DNA from: a virus
Strand: one strand, 5' to 3'
Virus record (IMG/VR): IMGVR_UViG_3300050821_004371
Coordinates: 1-64,000 of that record
DNA length: 64,000 nucleotides
Each line of letters opens with the position of its first letter. The first letter of the stretch is position 1. Below the pieces are notes generated by a model. It was given only the letters and a program-made list of their open reading frames with translations. It had not been told where the DNA came from and made no database searches. Position numbers and translations under genes: made by a program. Below, piece after piece: positions 39,804 to 50,731 of this stretch.

Positions 39804-40238
39804 ATGTCAAAATCAGTGAACAAAGTAACTCTGCTCGGAAATCTCGGGAAAGACCCAGAAGTTAAGTTTACGCCTTCGGGCACCGCCGTTGCTAAACTGA
39901 CGCTCGCGACCGAAGACCGATCGAAAGACAAGGACGGAAACTGGACTGAGAAGACCGAATGGCACAACGTCGTTCTTTGGGCCAAGCTCGCGGAGATCGC
40001 GGGCGAATATCTCAAGAAGGGCGGAAAGGTTTATATCGAGGGTCGCCTGCAAACCCGATCCTGGGATGACAAGACTTCGGGCCAGAAGAAGTACATGACG
40101 GAAGTTATCGGGCAAGAATTGGTGCTGCTTGGGTCTGTACAGAAAACGGATAATCGGGCTTCGAGAGGTACGGGCCAAGGTTTGGTTCAAGGTCGCCCGC
40201 AAACCAACCAAGTCGCAGACGAAGATATTCCATTCTAG
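39804..40238 (+). CDS. ssb: Single-stranded DNA-binding protein
   Basis: VNKVTLLGNLGKDPE, TEWHNVV, IEGRLQTRSW, C-terminal EDIPF. Confidence 0.95.
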   Translation: MSKSVNKVTLLGNLGKDPEVKFTPSGTAVAKLTLATEDRSKDKDGNWTEKTEWHNVVLWAKLAEIAGEYLKKGGKVYIEGRLQTRSWDDKTSGQKKYMTEVIGQELVLLGSVQKTDNRASRGTGQGLVQGRPQTNQVADEDIPF

Positions 40239-40645
40239 GAGGAAATGTGCTCCAGCAATTACCGGGCGGTTTGTGCTTTGCCCACGGGCCTTACGAAGAC
40301 GGGTTTTCTTGCCCGCGATGGCCGAAGTGTGTGACCGATCCGTCGAAAGACGAATACTTTGCGTTGGCCGCCCGTAGGAAGAAAAACAATGCTTGTCTTC
40401 GGGCGGCGGAAATCCTTGAAGAAGCGGACATGCTGGATACGACCGTTCAGATGCTTCGTTCAGTCGCCGAAGCTTACAAGTAGTCTCAAAACGTCGTTGA
40501 TTAGGAGGAAGTAATGGCGGGCGACCCGATCTTTGATCGCAGTCTACACGAAAAGTCAATAACACCCACATGGAAATTCCTTCTGCTATTCTGCATGTTC
40601 TGGAAATACAGGCTAATTGCTCCGGGCGTGCTGGTGAGACGGTAG

Positions 40646-41467
40646 ATGCTCGATAAACAGGAGTTCTCACTCTACAACGGGGAAGTCGTTCTCTCGGTCA
40701 ATGAAAAGGCGCATACGAGTCAAGTTTCCGAGCTAGGATGCAAGCCTTTCAAAATTCCGCACGTCACAACGGTTCTCAATAGTCTCGCCAAGCCTGCAAT
40801 CGCACCCTGGTCAATCGGGGTCTGTTGTGATTACATTTACGATAACGTCAAGCTGTTGATGGCGGGCGACAGCTTCTCGGTTGAAGCGATTTTCAAGATT
40901 ATTGAGCAAGCCCGCCAAGCCCCCGAGTACGAGCGTCAGAAGGCCGCTGATATCGGAACCGCCGCGCACGACTGGTTGGAATCTTATTGGCTTTCGGTTG
41001 TACAGAAAACGGATTCTCCGCAATTGCCCGAAGAAGGGCCCGTTAGAAACTGCGTAGACGCCGCTATGACCTGGATCAAAGATCACGACATGAGGCCAAT
41101 CCTGTTCGAGCGCCCGTTTTATTCTCGCTTGCATAAATTTACGGGCAAGGAGGATTTTGTCGGTCTTGTGGACGGCGAACTCGCGATCATAGACTACAAA
41201 AGTTCGAAGTCGATTTACCCAGAGACGGCTCTCCAGACCGCCGCCTACGCCAAGATGTACGAGGAAGAATTCGGGGTTAGGATCGCCCGTAGGTGGGCCT
41301 TGAAACTCGGGAAGTTTGACGGCAAGGTCGATCCCAAGCCCTACCCCCCGAACTCGCTCGAAACCGATTACGATTCGTTTCTTGCGGTCTTCAAAATCTA
41401 TGATAGACTCAAGCATCTCAGGCGGAAGCCGAAGCCCGAGAAGCAAGATTTCTTGGAGGGATTGTGA
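40646..41467 (+). CDS. PD-(D/E)XK exonuclease
   Basis: VTTVL, GTAAH, GKEDF, IIDYKSS, LQTAAY. Confidence 0.8.
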   Translation: MLDKQEFSLYNGEVVLSVNEKAHTSQVSELGCKPFKIPHVTTVLNSLAKPAIAPWSIGVCCDYIYDNVKLLMAGDSFSVEAIFKIIEQARQAPEYERQKAADIGTAAHDWLESYWLSVVQKTDSPQLPEEGPVRNCVDAAMTWIKDHDMRPILFERPFYSRLHKFTGKEDFVGLVDGELAIIDYKSSKSIYPETALQTAAYAKMYEEEFGVRIARRWALKLGKFDGKVDPKPYPPNSLETDYDSFLAVFKIYDRLKHLRRKPKPEKQDFLEGL

Positions 41468-41779
41468 AGCGAGCTTATTGCGGGCGACGCGGCCCCGCTA
41501 AGAAACAAGCCGAGCATATTTGCATATCCAAGGTTGGACATTCGGGCCGTTGTCTTTGCAGTTGTGGGGTACGGTTCAAATCCACAAGAAGGTATAAAGC
41601 CCGCATCTTTGAATTGCTCTTGTTGCCCGCAGACTATCAAGTTCGGAAAACGGAGTAGGAATGCTCGAACAAATGACAGATATCGCCCGAACCTTACACG
41701 CCATTGATTTCACCTTGGGGTTGATCTGTATCGTGCTGATGGTGCTAACTGTTGTTTTCATGCTCAAAAGGACGCACTG

Positions 41780-42268
41780 ATGCTTAACGGGCAAGACAAA
41801 GCTTTTTACCAACCCTGGAACGAGGAAGAATTCCAGTCCGATCTGTTTGTACGGAAAATGAATCAGTCCGAGAAATTCCTATACCGTACTCTTTTGCAAG
41901 CCGCGTTTTTTCACAGCACTCGCCCGTATCTGCCCAAGGACGACGATATTCTCTGGATGCTCGCAGACTGTGATACCAAAGAATTCTGGATGTCTAACAA
42001 AGATAAGGTAGTTGCTCGATTCTACACGGAAATTGTGGACGGGCAAGAAATGCTGGCCCACGGACGGGTGATGAGGGATTGGCAGCGTATACTAGACAAA
42101 CGCGAAGCATTAGCTGAGCGGGGGCGTAGCGGCGGCTTAGCAAAAGCTAAGCGCCAGCTTACCAAGGAAGTAAAGCAAGTAAGTAAAGTAAGTGAAGTAG
42201 AGGTAAGGGAAGAAAACCCTTTTTCCTGCCTCGGAGAACTGAATGTCAATCAAGAAGAAAATTCATAA
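41780..42268 (+). CDS. DUF1376/YdaU-like replication-initiator-type protein
   Basis: FYQPWN..EFQSD..MN..EK.LYRTLL, LPKDD..L, GRSGG.AK. Confidence 0.5.
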   Translation: MLNGQDKAFYQPWNEEEFQSDLFVRKMNQSEKFLYRTLLQAAFFHSTRPYLPKDDDILWMLADCDTKEFWMSNKDKVVARFYTEIVDGQEMLAHGRVMRDWQRILDKREALAERGRSGGLAKAKRQLTKEVKQVSKVSEVEVREENPFSCLGELNVNQEENS

Positions 42269-42887
42269 GACTTGCCTGCTGGTTCTTGGCACCAATCCAG
42301 AGCCCGAACAATGGGATGTCTGGAAGCAGGTTATGCAACTATCCGAGGTCTTTGGCGAGCGGAAGCTCCAAGAGGCTTTTGACGAATGGGCGGATACCCG
42401 TAAAGGCGATCTGTTCAAGAAAGGTCCGTTAACCGAATTCCTGAAGATTGCCCCAGGGTTGTGTACGGGCATTATCCAACTCAAGCCCAAAGGCGATCTG
42501 TTTTCTTTGCTTAACGACTTAGCCGCTATATCAGACAACCAAGTTCTGTTCAATCGAGATCAGCAAGCAGCTATCGGGCGACTTATGGCTACCCACTCGC
42601 CCGCAGACATCAAATCCGCCTTCTCCGAGTTCTGGGGGAACATTTCGGGCGACGATTTCCTTGTCCGTCAGGCGGCCAAGACGTTTACCGAGGCTGCCGA
42701 GCAACTTTTGTTTGTTCGGGCGAAACGAGCCGAGGACGCCCGAAAGACCGAGGAGCTTATTCGGGTCAGTACGGAAAAAGAACGAGCTAAGGCGGTTCAG
42801 GAAGCAGTAAATTTCCTTGCGGAAGTGGAAAAAGAAGCCGATCTTGTCGAAGATACGCTGCCAGATGAAACAGGAACCTTACAATAA
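42243..42887 (+). CDS. Hypothetical protein
   Basis: 214 aa, GGAG RBS. Confidence 0.65.
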   Translation: MSIKKKIHKTCLLVLGTNPEPEQWDVWKQVMQLSEVFGERKLQEAFDEWADTRKGDLFKKGPLTEFLKIAPGLCTGIIQLKPKGDLFSLLNDLAAISDNQVLFNRDQQAAIGRLMATHSPADIKSAFSEFWGNISGDDFLVRQAAKTFTEAAEQLLFVRAKRAEDARKTEELIRVSTEKERAKAVQEAVNFLAEVEKEADLVEDTLPDETGTLQ

Positions 42888-43340
42888 CGATTTTCTAAGA
42901 CGAGGCTAAAGGCTTCTCGGGCGAGGGTAAGGGTTAGGGTGGTTTCGGGCCTCGAAGCCCGCAAATCGAACGCTAGGATAGAACTTTAGTAACATCGGAG
43001 GTAGTACAGAAAATGGATAACCAGCTCCCGCCTTGCAGACTATTCGGGAATTGCCCGCTATGCAACGCTGAATACGAAGCCCGTAAGTCCGCCCCATTGC
43101 CTGCGGGCCTAACCGTGGGCATATACCCCAAAGTATTTAAATTCAAGATACCTTGGTATCATCGGGCGTGGGCTTGGTTTCGGGCGGGCTGGAAAGAATA
43201 CCAGCAATATCTGCAAGGCGGTCGCCCGTGATCTACCACGGTCACTTTACCCATCCGGACCTTTGGCTCATGTGGGCGGTCGTGGTATTGACGCCCGTAA
43301 ACACTTTGGGTATTCTGTATCTGCTTTGGAGGCGCGGGCG

Positions 43341-43676
43341 ATGATTAAGCGAGAGCCGTACGGAGTTTCGAGCAACGAAGTCGCGGAATTTGTACGCGAG
43401 CGTCGTCTGTACCTGAACGCTTTGCGTGAAGCTATCACGTGGACAGAAGAGGCGGATAACGATTTCAGGAGTGGTGAGGAGTTGGACAAGGCTGTTTATT
43501 ACAAGAACCTGATGAATGCCAGCTATAATCGGGCTAATAATGCGGGTTACCGAACTCACGCACTTGTTGCGGAAGTTAAAGCTCTCCGTTCTGGGCAAGG
43601 TGTAACGTACGGGCGTGAGGAGGATGACCCCACCCGAGACGATTTTGCTGTTCGTATCTGTACGGAAAACGGATAA
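43341..43676 (+). CDS. Hypothetical protein
   Basis: GGAGG RBS; ends in motif-derived CTENG. Confidence 0.55.
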   Translation: MIKREPYGVSSNEVAEFVRERRLYLNALREAITWTEEADNDFRSGEELDKAVYYKNLMNASYNRANNAGYRTHALVAEVKALRSGQGVTYGREEDDPTRDDFAVRICTENG

Positions 43677-43896
43677 TGCCCGAAACTAGCCTACAGGAAC
43701 TCAAGCAAGCCGAGGATTTGGGGCGGAAACTGAACCCGCATCCCGAAGGCTCGTACGCTTGGTACGGGTGGTCGATGGAATTCACGATAGATAACGGGCG
43801 AGTGCTTGCTAAACCAGATTCGGTTAGTGAGCAAAACAGCTTTAGTGATTTTGATTGGGATGCCTTCGGGCAACTCAGGAAAGACCCCAAATACTG

Positions 43897-45795
43897 ATGC
43901 CCGAAGAATCTCTTCAATCTCTGAAGCAGCACCCGAAGATATTAGACTTGTATCGGGCGAAGCTGTCTTTGAAGCAGGACGGCAAGAGATGGCGCGGGCT
44001 TTGTATTTGGCATGCCGATTCGCACGCAGGAAATTTCGACGTGTTTCAGCACCAAGGAACGTGGATTCATAAATGTCTTTCGTGTGGTATCTCGGGCAGC
44101 ATCTTGGATTTAATCCAGAAAACGGACAACTGTGACTTGCGGGCGGCGGTCAAGATTGTCCGCGAATATTGTTCTGATTTTGCGAACGCCCGTACCCAAG
44201 TTGAGAACGTATTTCGCCCGCTAGGAGTTCCAGATGCCCCAAAGAAAACATACCCCGCAGACGGTTACAAAGCCTACGAGCAAGCCTTCCAAAATTCGCA
44301 AGCCGCGCAGCAATTCATTCTCGGCAGAGGAATTACGGTGGAAACAGCTAAACGATTACGAGTTGGTTTTCGCCAAGATATTGGTAGGCAAGCGGGGGAC
44401 GGAAGCCCGCTAGCAGACAAAGGCTGGATTTCTTTTCCGTATTTCCGAGACGGCCAAGTTGCGCTAATTAAGTATCGTTCTATAATCGCCAAGAAAACAG
44501 AAGTCAATGGCAAGAAATTCTCAGGTATTATTCGACAAGCGGGCATGGATACGCTCATGTTCAACACCCAAACGGTGGATATGATGGAGCCTGTTTTCCT
44601 AGTAGAAGGGGAGCCCGATACTTGTATTTTCGAACAAGCTGGATTTAAGGCAGTCGGAATTCCGATGGCGGAATATCAATGCACGCCCGAAGACAAGGAT
44701 TTATTGTTGTCCGCCGAATCCGTCATCCTTGCGGGCGATAACGACGATGCGGGCAAGAAGGCTATGCAGAAGCTTTGGGCCGAGATGAAAGAGCGAACGT
44801 ACTTGCTCCGATGGCCCGAGGGTGTGAAAGACGCGAATCAATTCTTTCTGGAAACTTGCGGGCGATCAGAATCCGTTTTCCGTACAAAGATCGAAGCCCT
44901 TGTCCAAGAAGCCAAAGTTCGCCCGATGGCGGGGATTTACAGCTTGCAAGAATCCCTGATGAACAGCACGGAAGAAAACGTTAAGGACGATCCAAACCGC
45001 TTTCGCTTCTCGATCCCGAGCGTTGACCGAATGGCGATCTTGTCGCCCGGATCAGTAATCGGCGTGGTCGCGACTTCTACCGGGCAAGGAAAAACAACTT
45101 TCGTCCTGCAAGAAACTTTGGAGGCCGCCCGCAAGCACGGCGAAGTCATACTCAACTACCAAGCCGAACTAACCATCGAGCAAATTTCCCGAATTGTTAC
45201 CGCCCACGTTCTGCGAAAGCATCGTCTTGAACTCACTCCCGATGACATGAAATCAGCGGCTCACGCCCTCGCTGGGGCGAAATACTACGTCGGGCGAAAC
45301 GCAGCATTGACTACGATCACGCCCGTACTCGATTTGATGGAAGCCGCTATTCGCCGCTTGTCTCCAACGGTCGCGGTGCTCGATAATATCCACTACCTTG
45401 TCCGTAACGAGCAAGATCAAGTCAAGGCGATGGAAAACGCGATGCAGCGCGTTAAATCTATGGCCGTTCTTTACGGGCTAAAATTCTTTGTCCTCGGGGC
45501 CCCCAAGAAAGCCGAATCCACGGCCAAAGGCAAGCAGTTGCATGTTACGGACGTTCGTGGTAGCGTAGCATTTGGAGACGATTCGGACGCCGTATTTACG
45601 ATCCATCGGGATATGCTGACGAACTCCGATGACCGGAAGAACGACTATAGCCCGCAGACAAAGCTGAGGCTCGTAAAGGTCAGAGACAAGGGTCCGGGCG
45701 ACGCCGAAGTTGATTTACTCTTTTTGGGCGAGATTGCTTCCTTCGTGGAGATCGCCCGATTAAACGAACCAGAGTTATTTGGAGATCACCGATGA
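43897..45795 (+). CDS. Primase-helicase (Zn finger + TOPRIM + SF4 helicase)
   Basis: CIWH...CLSC, EGEPD, GDNDDAG, KDAN, ATSTGQGKT, VLDNIH. Confidence 0.88.
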   Translation: MPEESLQSLKQHPKILDLYRAKLSLKQDGKRWRGLCIWHADSHAGNFDVFQHQGTWIHKCLSCGISGSILDLIQKTDNCDLRAAVKIVREYCSDFANARTQVENVFRPLGVPDAPKKTYPADGYKAYEQAFQNSQAAQQFILGRGITVETAKRLRVGFRQDIGRQAGDGSPLADKGWISFPYFRDGQVALIKYRSIIAKKTEVNGKKFSGIIRQAGMDTLMFNTQTVDMMEPVFLVEGEPDTCIFEQAGFKAVGIPMAEYQCTPEDKDLLLSAESVILAGDNDDAGKKAMQKLWAEMKERTYLLRWPEGVKDANQFFLETCGRSESVFRTKIEALVQEAKVRPMAGIYSLQESLMNSTEENVKDDPNRFRFSIPSVDRMAILSPGSVIGVVATSTGQGKTTFVLQETLEAARKHGEVILNYQAELTIEQISRIVTAHVLRKHRLELTPDDMKSAAHALAGAKYYVGRNAALTTITPVLDLMEAAIRRLSPTVAVLDNIHYLVRNEQDQVKAMENAMQRVKSMAVLYGLKFFVLGAPKKAESTAKGKQLHVTDVRGSVAFGDDSDAVFTIHRDMLTNSDDRKNDYSPQTKLRLVKVRDKGPGDAEVDLLFLGEIASFVEIARLNEPELFGDHR

Positions 45796-45972
45796 GCGAA
45801 CCGACCGTCTATTACTCGCCCGAAACTCTTGAAGCTTTGCGGGCGAACACTCAAATGTCTGAGGGAACTTGGCACAAAATTATGAATCCGCTTTGTGGGG
45901 CGTGCGCCTACGAGCGCGGGCTGGAATTTGTACGGAAAATGAACAACTCGTCGCCCGAAGAGAAGCAAGGTC

Positions 45973-46002
45973 TTGACAAAGAATCTTAAAGCATGGTAGG
46001 AT
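45973..46002 (+). promoter_or_regulatory. Sigma70-type promoter
   Basis: TTGACA-18-TAGGAT with TG extension. Confidence 0.65.
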
Positions 46003-46383
46003 GTAGGAGGATTACGGGCGATGAAAAATTGGATTGATAAATGGTTCTGGTCTTCTTTGTTGGGCGGATTGTTCATTTGCGTAGTAGCCTTGAGCAATTT
46101 GATACTTTCGGGCGATACGGGAATTTTGGATCATTTCCTTGAAATTCTCATTCTCCCGTTTCTGTTTAGCACGCTGTTCGCGCTGATTGCTATTATTTGT
46201 ACGGAAAAAGGATAATGCCCGAAGAAATCAAAGCCGTTATCGGGCAGTACAGCGACTACTTCTCTAGTTGGTGGGGATACGAGGACGGAACCATGCTTGA
46301 CTTGGGCGACCCTCGCGGGTATATGTGGATCAAGGTTGACGGTAAGACGGTTCCAGATCACGAAACGGTACGGAGGATGGCAG

Positions 46384-47028
46384 ATGCAAGAAATTGAACC
46401 CGTATCGCCCGAAGCCCGCAAGAAGCAGGAGCTACTCCTAGAAAAAGTAGACGCCTTGCTTGATGAAACTCGTCTCGGGCAAGAAAAACTTCATCGGAAC
46501 TTCATCCAGATTGGGATCGCTTTGCTCGAAGTTGACCGCTCAAAAGCTTGGACGCTCCGAAGTCATTCAAGCGACGGCTACATCAAGTCCTGCGAGGCCC
46601 GATTCGGAAAAGGAAGAACTGCGCTTTACGGCTTCAAGTCGGTTGCCGAGAACCTTCTCCCGCACTTGCCCGAACAGAAATTGCTGGAAATGGGGATTTC
46701 AAAAGCGCAGCCTTTAGCCCAATATACGAAGAGGTCGGGGGGTAAAATCCCGGAAGACCTTGTATCTAAGGCGATTGATCCGAAGGTCGGAGTCGAAGAA
46801 TTTAGGGCAAGCATCGCCGAGACGTTGCATGAGAAGCCGGAATCTGGAAAGTGGTTCGAGTTCTTGTCGGGCTTCTATGTCACGCCCGAAGAGAAGGCGG
46901 AATTAGAACGGGCGATCCAGTCAGCCAAGGCCCAGATAGAGTTGCCCGAAAACTGTTCGGAATGGTTGGAACGGAAATTGGTCGCGCAAGCAATGGCCGC
47001 TGAGTGTTTGTCAAGTTGGGGAGCGTAA
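46384..47028 (+). CDS. Hypothetical DNA-binding-like protein
   Basis: GGAGG RBS; IGIALLEV..W...; MGISKA. Confidence 0.6.
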   Translation: MQEIEPVSPEARKKQELLLEKVDALLDETRLGQEKLHRNFIQIGIALLEVDRSKAWTLRSHSSDGYIKSCEARFGKGRTALYGFKSVAENLLPHLPEQKLLEMGISKAQPLAQYTKRSGGKIPEDLVSKAIDPKVGVEEFRASIAETLHEKPESGKWFEFLSGFYVTPEEKAELERAIQSAKAQIELPENCSEWLERKLVAQAMAAECLSSWGA

Positions 47029-47040
47029 AAGGAGGGGAAT

Positions 47041-47244
47041 ATGGCAGAAAGTTCGTCTAGTTCAAGCGGCATTGGCTTTTCCGGGCTACTTGGGATCGCG
47101 TTCATCGTGCTCAAGCTGACCCACGTAATCAATTGGTCTTGGTGGTACGTCACTCTGCCGCTGTGGGGCGGGTTAGCGTTACTCTTGGGTTTCCTTTTGG
47201 TATTGGGGTTGTTTGCGCTAATCGCGGCCTTGTTCGGAATATGA
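47041..47244 (+). CDS. Small membrane protein
   Basis: GIGFSGLLGIAFIVLKL..VINWSWWYVTLPLW. Confidence 0.75.
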   Translation: MAESSSSSSGIGFSGLLGIAFIVLKLTHVINWSWWYVTLPLWGGLALLLGFLLVLGLFALIAALFGI

Positions 47245-47615
47245 ACGCCCGAAACACTGTTTGGGTTGAGCGAGTCAATGGGTCCATAATCCGGATTTTC
47301 AGATCGACTCACGGGCAGGATTGGTCTCGGGCGATGGAAGCCCGAACTCTAGAAACTTGCCCGAAAAAAGATGCCGTGAGTGCGATTCGCTCGCAAATCT
47401 GGAAGCGGTGCTCGGGCAAGTGCGAGTGGTGCGGAAAACGGATTAAGGAATCCGGCCCGTTATTTGCCCGAATGAATATGCACGAAGTAATCCCGAAAGG
47501 CAACGGCGGCGAAGTCAGCTTGACAAACTCTGTGGGTATTTGCTATGATTGCCACTTCAATAGCCCGAAAGCCCACGGGGATCGAAAACCTCAATGGACA
47601 AAGGAGTTGGAATAA
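47241..47615 (+). CDS. HNH endonuclease
   Basis: CEWCG, HEVIPKGNGG, N..GICYDCH. Confidence 0.7.
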   Translation: MNARNTVWVERVNGSIIRIFRSTHGQDWSRAMEARTLETCPKKDAVSAIRSQIWKRCSGKCEWCGKRIKESGPLFARMNMHEVIPKGNGGEVSLTNSVGICYDCHFNSPKAHGDRKPQWTKELE

Positions 47616-47860
47616 TGGTTTATCCAAGATTTCAAATTTGAAATTGCGGGCCATTCGGATCAAGATATGATGTGGTTTGAACCCGGCCCGAGCGAATGCG
47701 GGTATATTACTGATGGGGTTTGTTTCGGGCACGATGATTCAGCGGGGTACGTAATGGACTTTTCCGATCTTCAAAAATGCTATTTCGCCGCCTTGGAAAC
47801 CCGTCGTCGTATTGAAGATGGCGACGATACGGAAAACGAATCGCCCGAAGGAGAGTAAAC

Positions 47861-48316
47861 TTGCCAAGAGTCGAAGTTTTAGTAAAGCTAAAAGACGGCC
47901 AAAACATCTTGCTAACCGAAGGCGACCTGATCCAAAAGACGGTTGTCATCGAGTGTTGCAGCCAACGCTGTGCTTCTAGACACGGGCAAGAATTGCCGCA
48001 GGAAGTTTCTCTGATTGACGGGCGGCCGATGCCCGCAGAAGGCCGTCAATGGCTGTCTTTGATCTTGCCCGAAACCAGCCCGCAGTATACACCAATGCCG
48101 CCGAATTTCTGTAGCCCGAGTTGCGTTCGGGACTTTCTTTCGTATCAGTACATCGCTCCTAGTTCTGCGGGCGTCGAGGAAGTACAGAAAACGGATTTTC
48201 CGAAGCCCGACTATCAAGACCCAAAGCCCGATTATTTAGGAGTGAAAGTTGAATCGTTCTCGCACCCCGTAATAGAACCAACAGTTATCGGGCAAGCAGA
48301 CGGAGCAGGAGAATAG
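47861..48316 (+). CDS. Hypothetical Cys-containing protein
   Basis: AGGAG RBS, FCSPSC. Confidence 0.55.
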   Translation: MPRVEVLVKLKDGQNILLTEGDLIQKTVVIECCSQRCASRHGQELPQEVSLIDGRPMPAEGRQWLSLILPETSPQYTPMPPNFCSPSCVRDFLSYQYIAPSSAGVEEVQKTDFPKPDYQDPKPDYLGVKVESFSHPVIEPTVIGQADGAGE

Positions 48317-48317
48317 C

Positions 48318-48503
48318 TTGCCGATCTTCACATTATTTTGCCCGAACTGTAACAAGGAAGTCGATAGGCTGATCTTGAAGATCACTACGACTCGGACTCC
48401 GCAGTTTTGTGATTGCGGGCATCAAATGGATCGAGTGCCCGAAGTTCCAGGAAGATTTGTTCGCGGGCAAGGTTCGTGGAGTTCGCCCGCATCGAAAGGA
48501 TAG
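48318..48503 (+). CDS. FmdB-like zinc ribbon protein
   Basis: MPIFTLFCPNC...CDCG..MDR. Confidence 0.6.
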   Translation: MPIFTLFCPNCNKEVDRLILKITTTRTPQFCDCGHQMDRVPEVPGRFVRGQGSWSSPASKG

Positions 48504-48997
48504 TGCGTGGAAAAAGCGACCGAACTCGAATATCTGCAATATTTCTATTCGGCTGCGGGCGATTGTTTCGGGCCTGCCGACGACGATATTTACGACGCCA
48601 TCAAAAGAAATTTCAAGAAGTGGAAGGGCAAGGCGTTGCCTGAAGGATACAGCGATCCAGATTTTCCCGAGGAAGAATAAATGCCCGTAATCTTGCTAGT
48701 TGCTGGACTCGCTGTCGGCTGGGTTCTTACGGGCGTCTTGTACGTTTTCCGTACTCGCGGGCTTCGGGAAACCATCGGGTATCTCGAAGTTGCCCGAGAA
48801 GAACTTATGCAATCGGCCTTGGACGCCGAAAAACGAGCGGGCGTCGCCGAGACCGAAAGCCAGTACATGAAGCTGACGCTCGCAAACGTATTACAGAGGC
48901 CCGCAGTAGCAGTAATGACCGACGAAAATATCCAGCAGTTAGGGGCGATCATAGAATCCGTTATGAAAGCCCCAGATAAGTTGAATTAGGAGGAAAG

Positions 48998-49315
48998 ATG
49001 TTTTATCAGAAAACCATCCGGGATTTACGGGCGGCCAACCTTAGTCTGGCTAACTCCCGAGACCGAGCATTGTCCGAACTATCAATCCTCCAAGACGCCT
49101 TCCGCCGGGGAGTTCAGATAACAGACGAACTCAAGGAGCAGATTGCGAGCCTAGAAGCCCGAAATGAAAAACTGAATTCTTCGCTGTTATCCGCCGAGGA
49201 CAAGTACGACAGGCTTGCGGGCAAGTACGACAATCTGTCGAATCGGCACGACATGCTGGACTCGGTTCTTCGGCAACTGCGGATTTCTATTAAATTGCCT
49301 GCGGGGAAGAAATAA
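48998..49315 (+). CDS. Coiled-coil protein
   Basis: AGGAGG RBS; ends L.SVL.QL.I..KLP like its neighbour (tandem paralogues). Confidence 0.65.
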   Translation: MFYQKTIRDLRAANLSLANSRDRALSELSILQDAFRRGVQITDELKEQIASLEARNEKLNSSLLSAEDKYDRLAGKYDNLSNRHDMLDSVLRQLRISIKLPAGKK

Positions 49316-49605
49316 TGTTTTGGTGGAATGAAATTAAAGCTTTGCGAGGTGACTTAGCTCGGGCACGCGAGCGTCGAGACACGTATTACGGATATTGGCA
49401 ACAAGTCGCTGCTCAACTAAAACAAGCAGAATCCGACCTCGAAGTTGCCCGAAAGAAGAACGACGATCTCGACCAGAGAGGGCGGAACTTCGCCCGACAA
49501 GCGGATGATCTAGAGTTTCAGAAGCGAACGCTGGAAAGTGTCTTGGAGCAGTTGCAAATTCCCGTCAAATTACCTAGGCCCGGAAGAGTTAAGTTGACAA
49601 AGTAA
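49315..49605 (+). CDS. Coiled-coil protein, paralogue of 48998..49315
   Basis: LESVLEQLQIPVKLP vs LDSVLRQLRISIKLP. Confidence 0.65.
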   Translation: MFWWNEIKALRGDLARARERRDTYYGYWQQVAAQLKQAESDLEVARKKNDDLDQRGRNFARQADDLEFQKRTLESVLEQLQIPVKLPRPGRVKLTK

Positions 49606-49620
49606 CTGAGAACTGCTAAT

Positions 49621-50046
49621 ATGCCCAAGACTGAAGATCAAAAGCGAGATGCTTACTACCATAAGAAGTACGGTGTCGGGCTGGATTGGTACAATGCGAG
49701 GTTTGCCGAGCAAGGCGGGTGTTGCGGAATCTGTCGTCGCCCGCAAGAACATTTTACGAAGCGGTTCGCTGTAGATCACGATCACGGATGGAAGAAAGTT
49801 AAAGTAATCGCGACTTTGATCGCTGATATTTGGTTTGCTTATGCGGATTATCTCGGGCAGAAGTGGGAGCAAGAAACTTACAAGAAGGCGGAGTCGGTAC
49901 GGAAAGTGAAGCTGGCACTCAAGAAAATGTCCTGCCGAGGATTGCTTTGCCCGGGGTGCAATCGCGGACTTCGGTATTACGCCGACGACCCGACGAGGCT
50001 CGCAAACGCCGCTGAGTACCTGAAGAGACATCAAAATGCTCGATAA
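49621..50046 (+). CDS. Endonuclease VII-like protein
   Basis: KYGV, QGGCCGIC, AVDHDH, RGLLCPGCNRGL. Confidence 0.8.
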   Translation: MPKTEDQKRDAYYHKKYGVGLDWYNARFAEQGGCCGICRRPQEHFTKRFAVDHDHGWKKVKVIATLIADIWFAYADYLGQKWEQETYKKAESVRKVKLALKKMSCRGLLCPGCNRGLRYYADDPTRLANAAEYLKRHQNAR

Positions 50047-50731
50047 CTATCTCAAGTGGTTCAAAGCTCACGAATTTCTTGCAATCGCTTTGATTATAGT
50101 TGTTCCCGTCGCCCTGCTCGGTAACAAGGCCCTGAACAAAGATTACGACGCGGCGGTCGCCCGAGAGAAATCCGCCGAACAAACTTTACAGACCCAGAAA
50201 GAACAGAACGACAAGCTAGCGATCCAGAACCAGCAGGCACAGCAGCAGTACCAGGTTCTTCTCGGGCAAGTCTCTGCGGATAACAAGAAGCTGACCGCCG
50301 AAATGCTTCAGCTTTCACAAACGCTCGCCGCCCGACAAAAACAGGACGCCGCGCTCCCGTTGCCCGAATTGGCGTCCCGCTGGGAATTCTTAATTGGAAC
50401 TTCAGGAATCTCAAGTACGGAAAACGGACTTCAAGCTTCCCCCGATGCGGCGCGGGCGACGGTTTCAAACCTGGAATCGTTGCCCGTACTCAAACAGCAA
50501 CTTGCGGATGAAACTACTTTAGCGGGCGACAAAGACAAGCAAATTACGAGCCTCGGGCAAGTCGTTGGTGGGCAGAATACTGAAATTGCGGGCCTGAATA
50601 TTCAATTATCGGACGCGAGCAAAGCGTGTCAGGCGCAAGTCGCGGTCGCCCGAAAGTCAAAGTGGCGCTGGTTTAAGTTCGGATTTGTAACAGGATTCGT
50701 GACGGGCGTTGCGACCGGACATTATTTATGA
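50036..50731 (+). CDS. Membrane-anchored coiled-coil protein (spanin-like)
   Basis: N-terminal TM, long Q-rich coil, C-terminal aromatic/Gly segment WRWFKFGFVTGFVTG. Confidence 0.45.
   Translation: MLDNYLKWFKAHEFLAIALIIVVPVALLGNKALNKDYDAAVAREKSAEQTLQTQKEQNDKLAIQNQQAQQQYQVLLGQVSADNKKLTAEMLQLSQTLAARQKQDAALPLPELASRWEFLIGTSGISSTENGLQASPDAARATVSNLESLPVLKQQLADETTLAGDKDKQITSLGQVVGGQNTEIAGLNIQLSDASKACQAQVAVARKSKWRWFKFGFVTGFVTGVATGHYL

Noticed and set aside
39813-40670. 285-aa minus-strand ORF and similar long antisense ORFs (5055, 13474, 40811, 52550)
   Set aside because: Antisense to well-supported genes, with no recognisable motifs.
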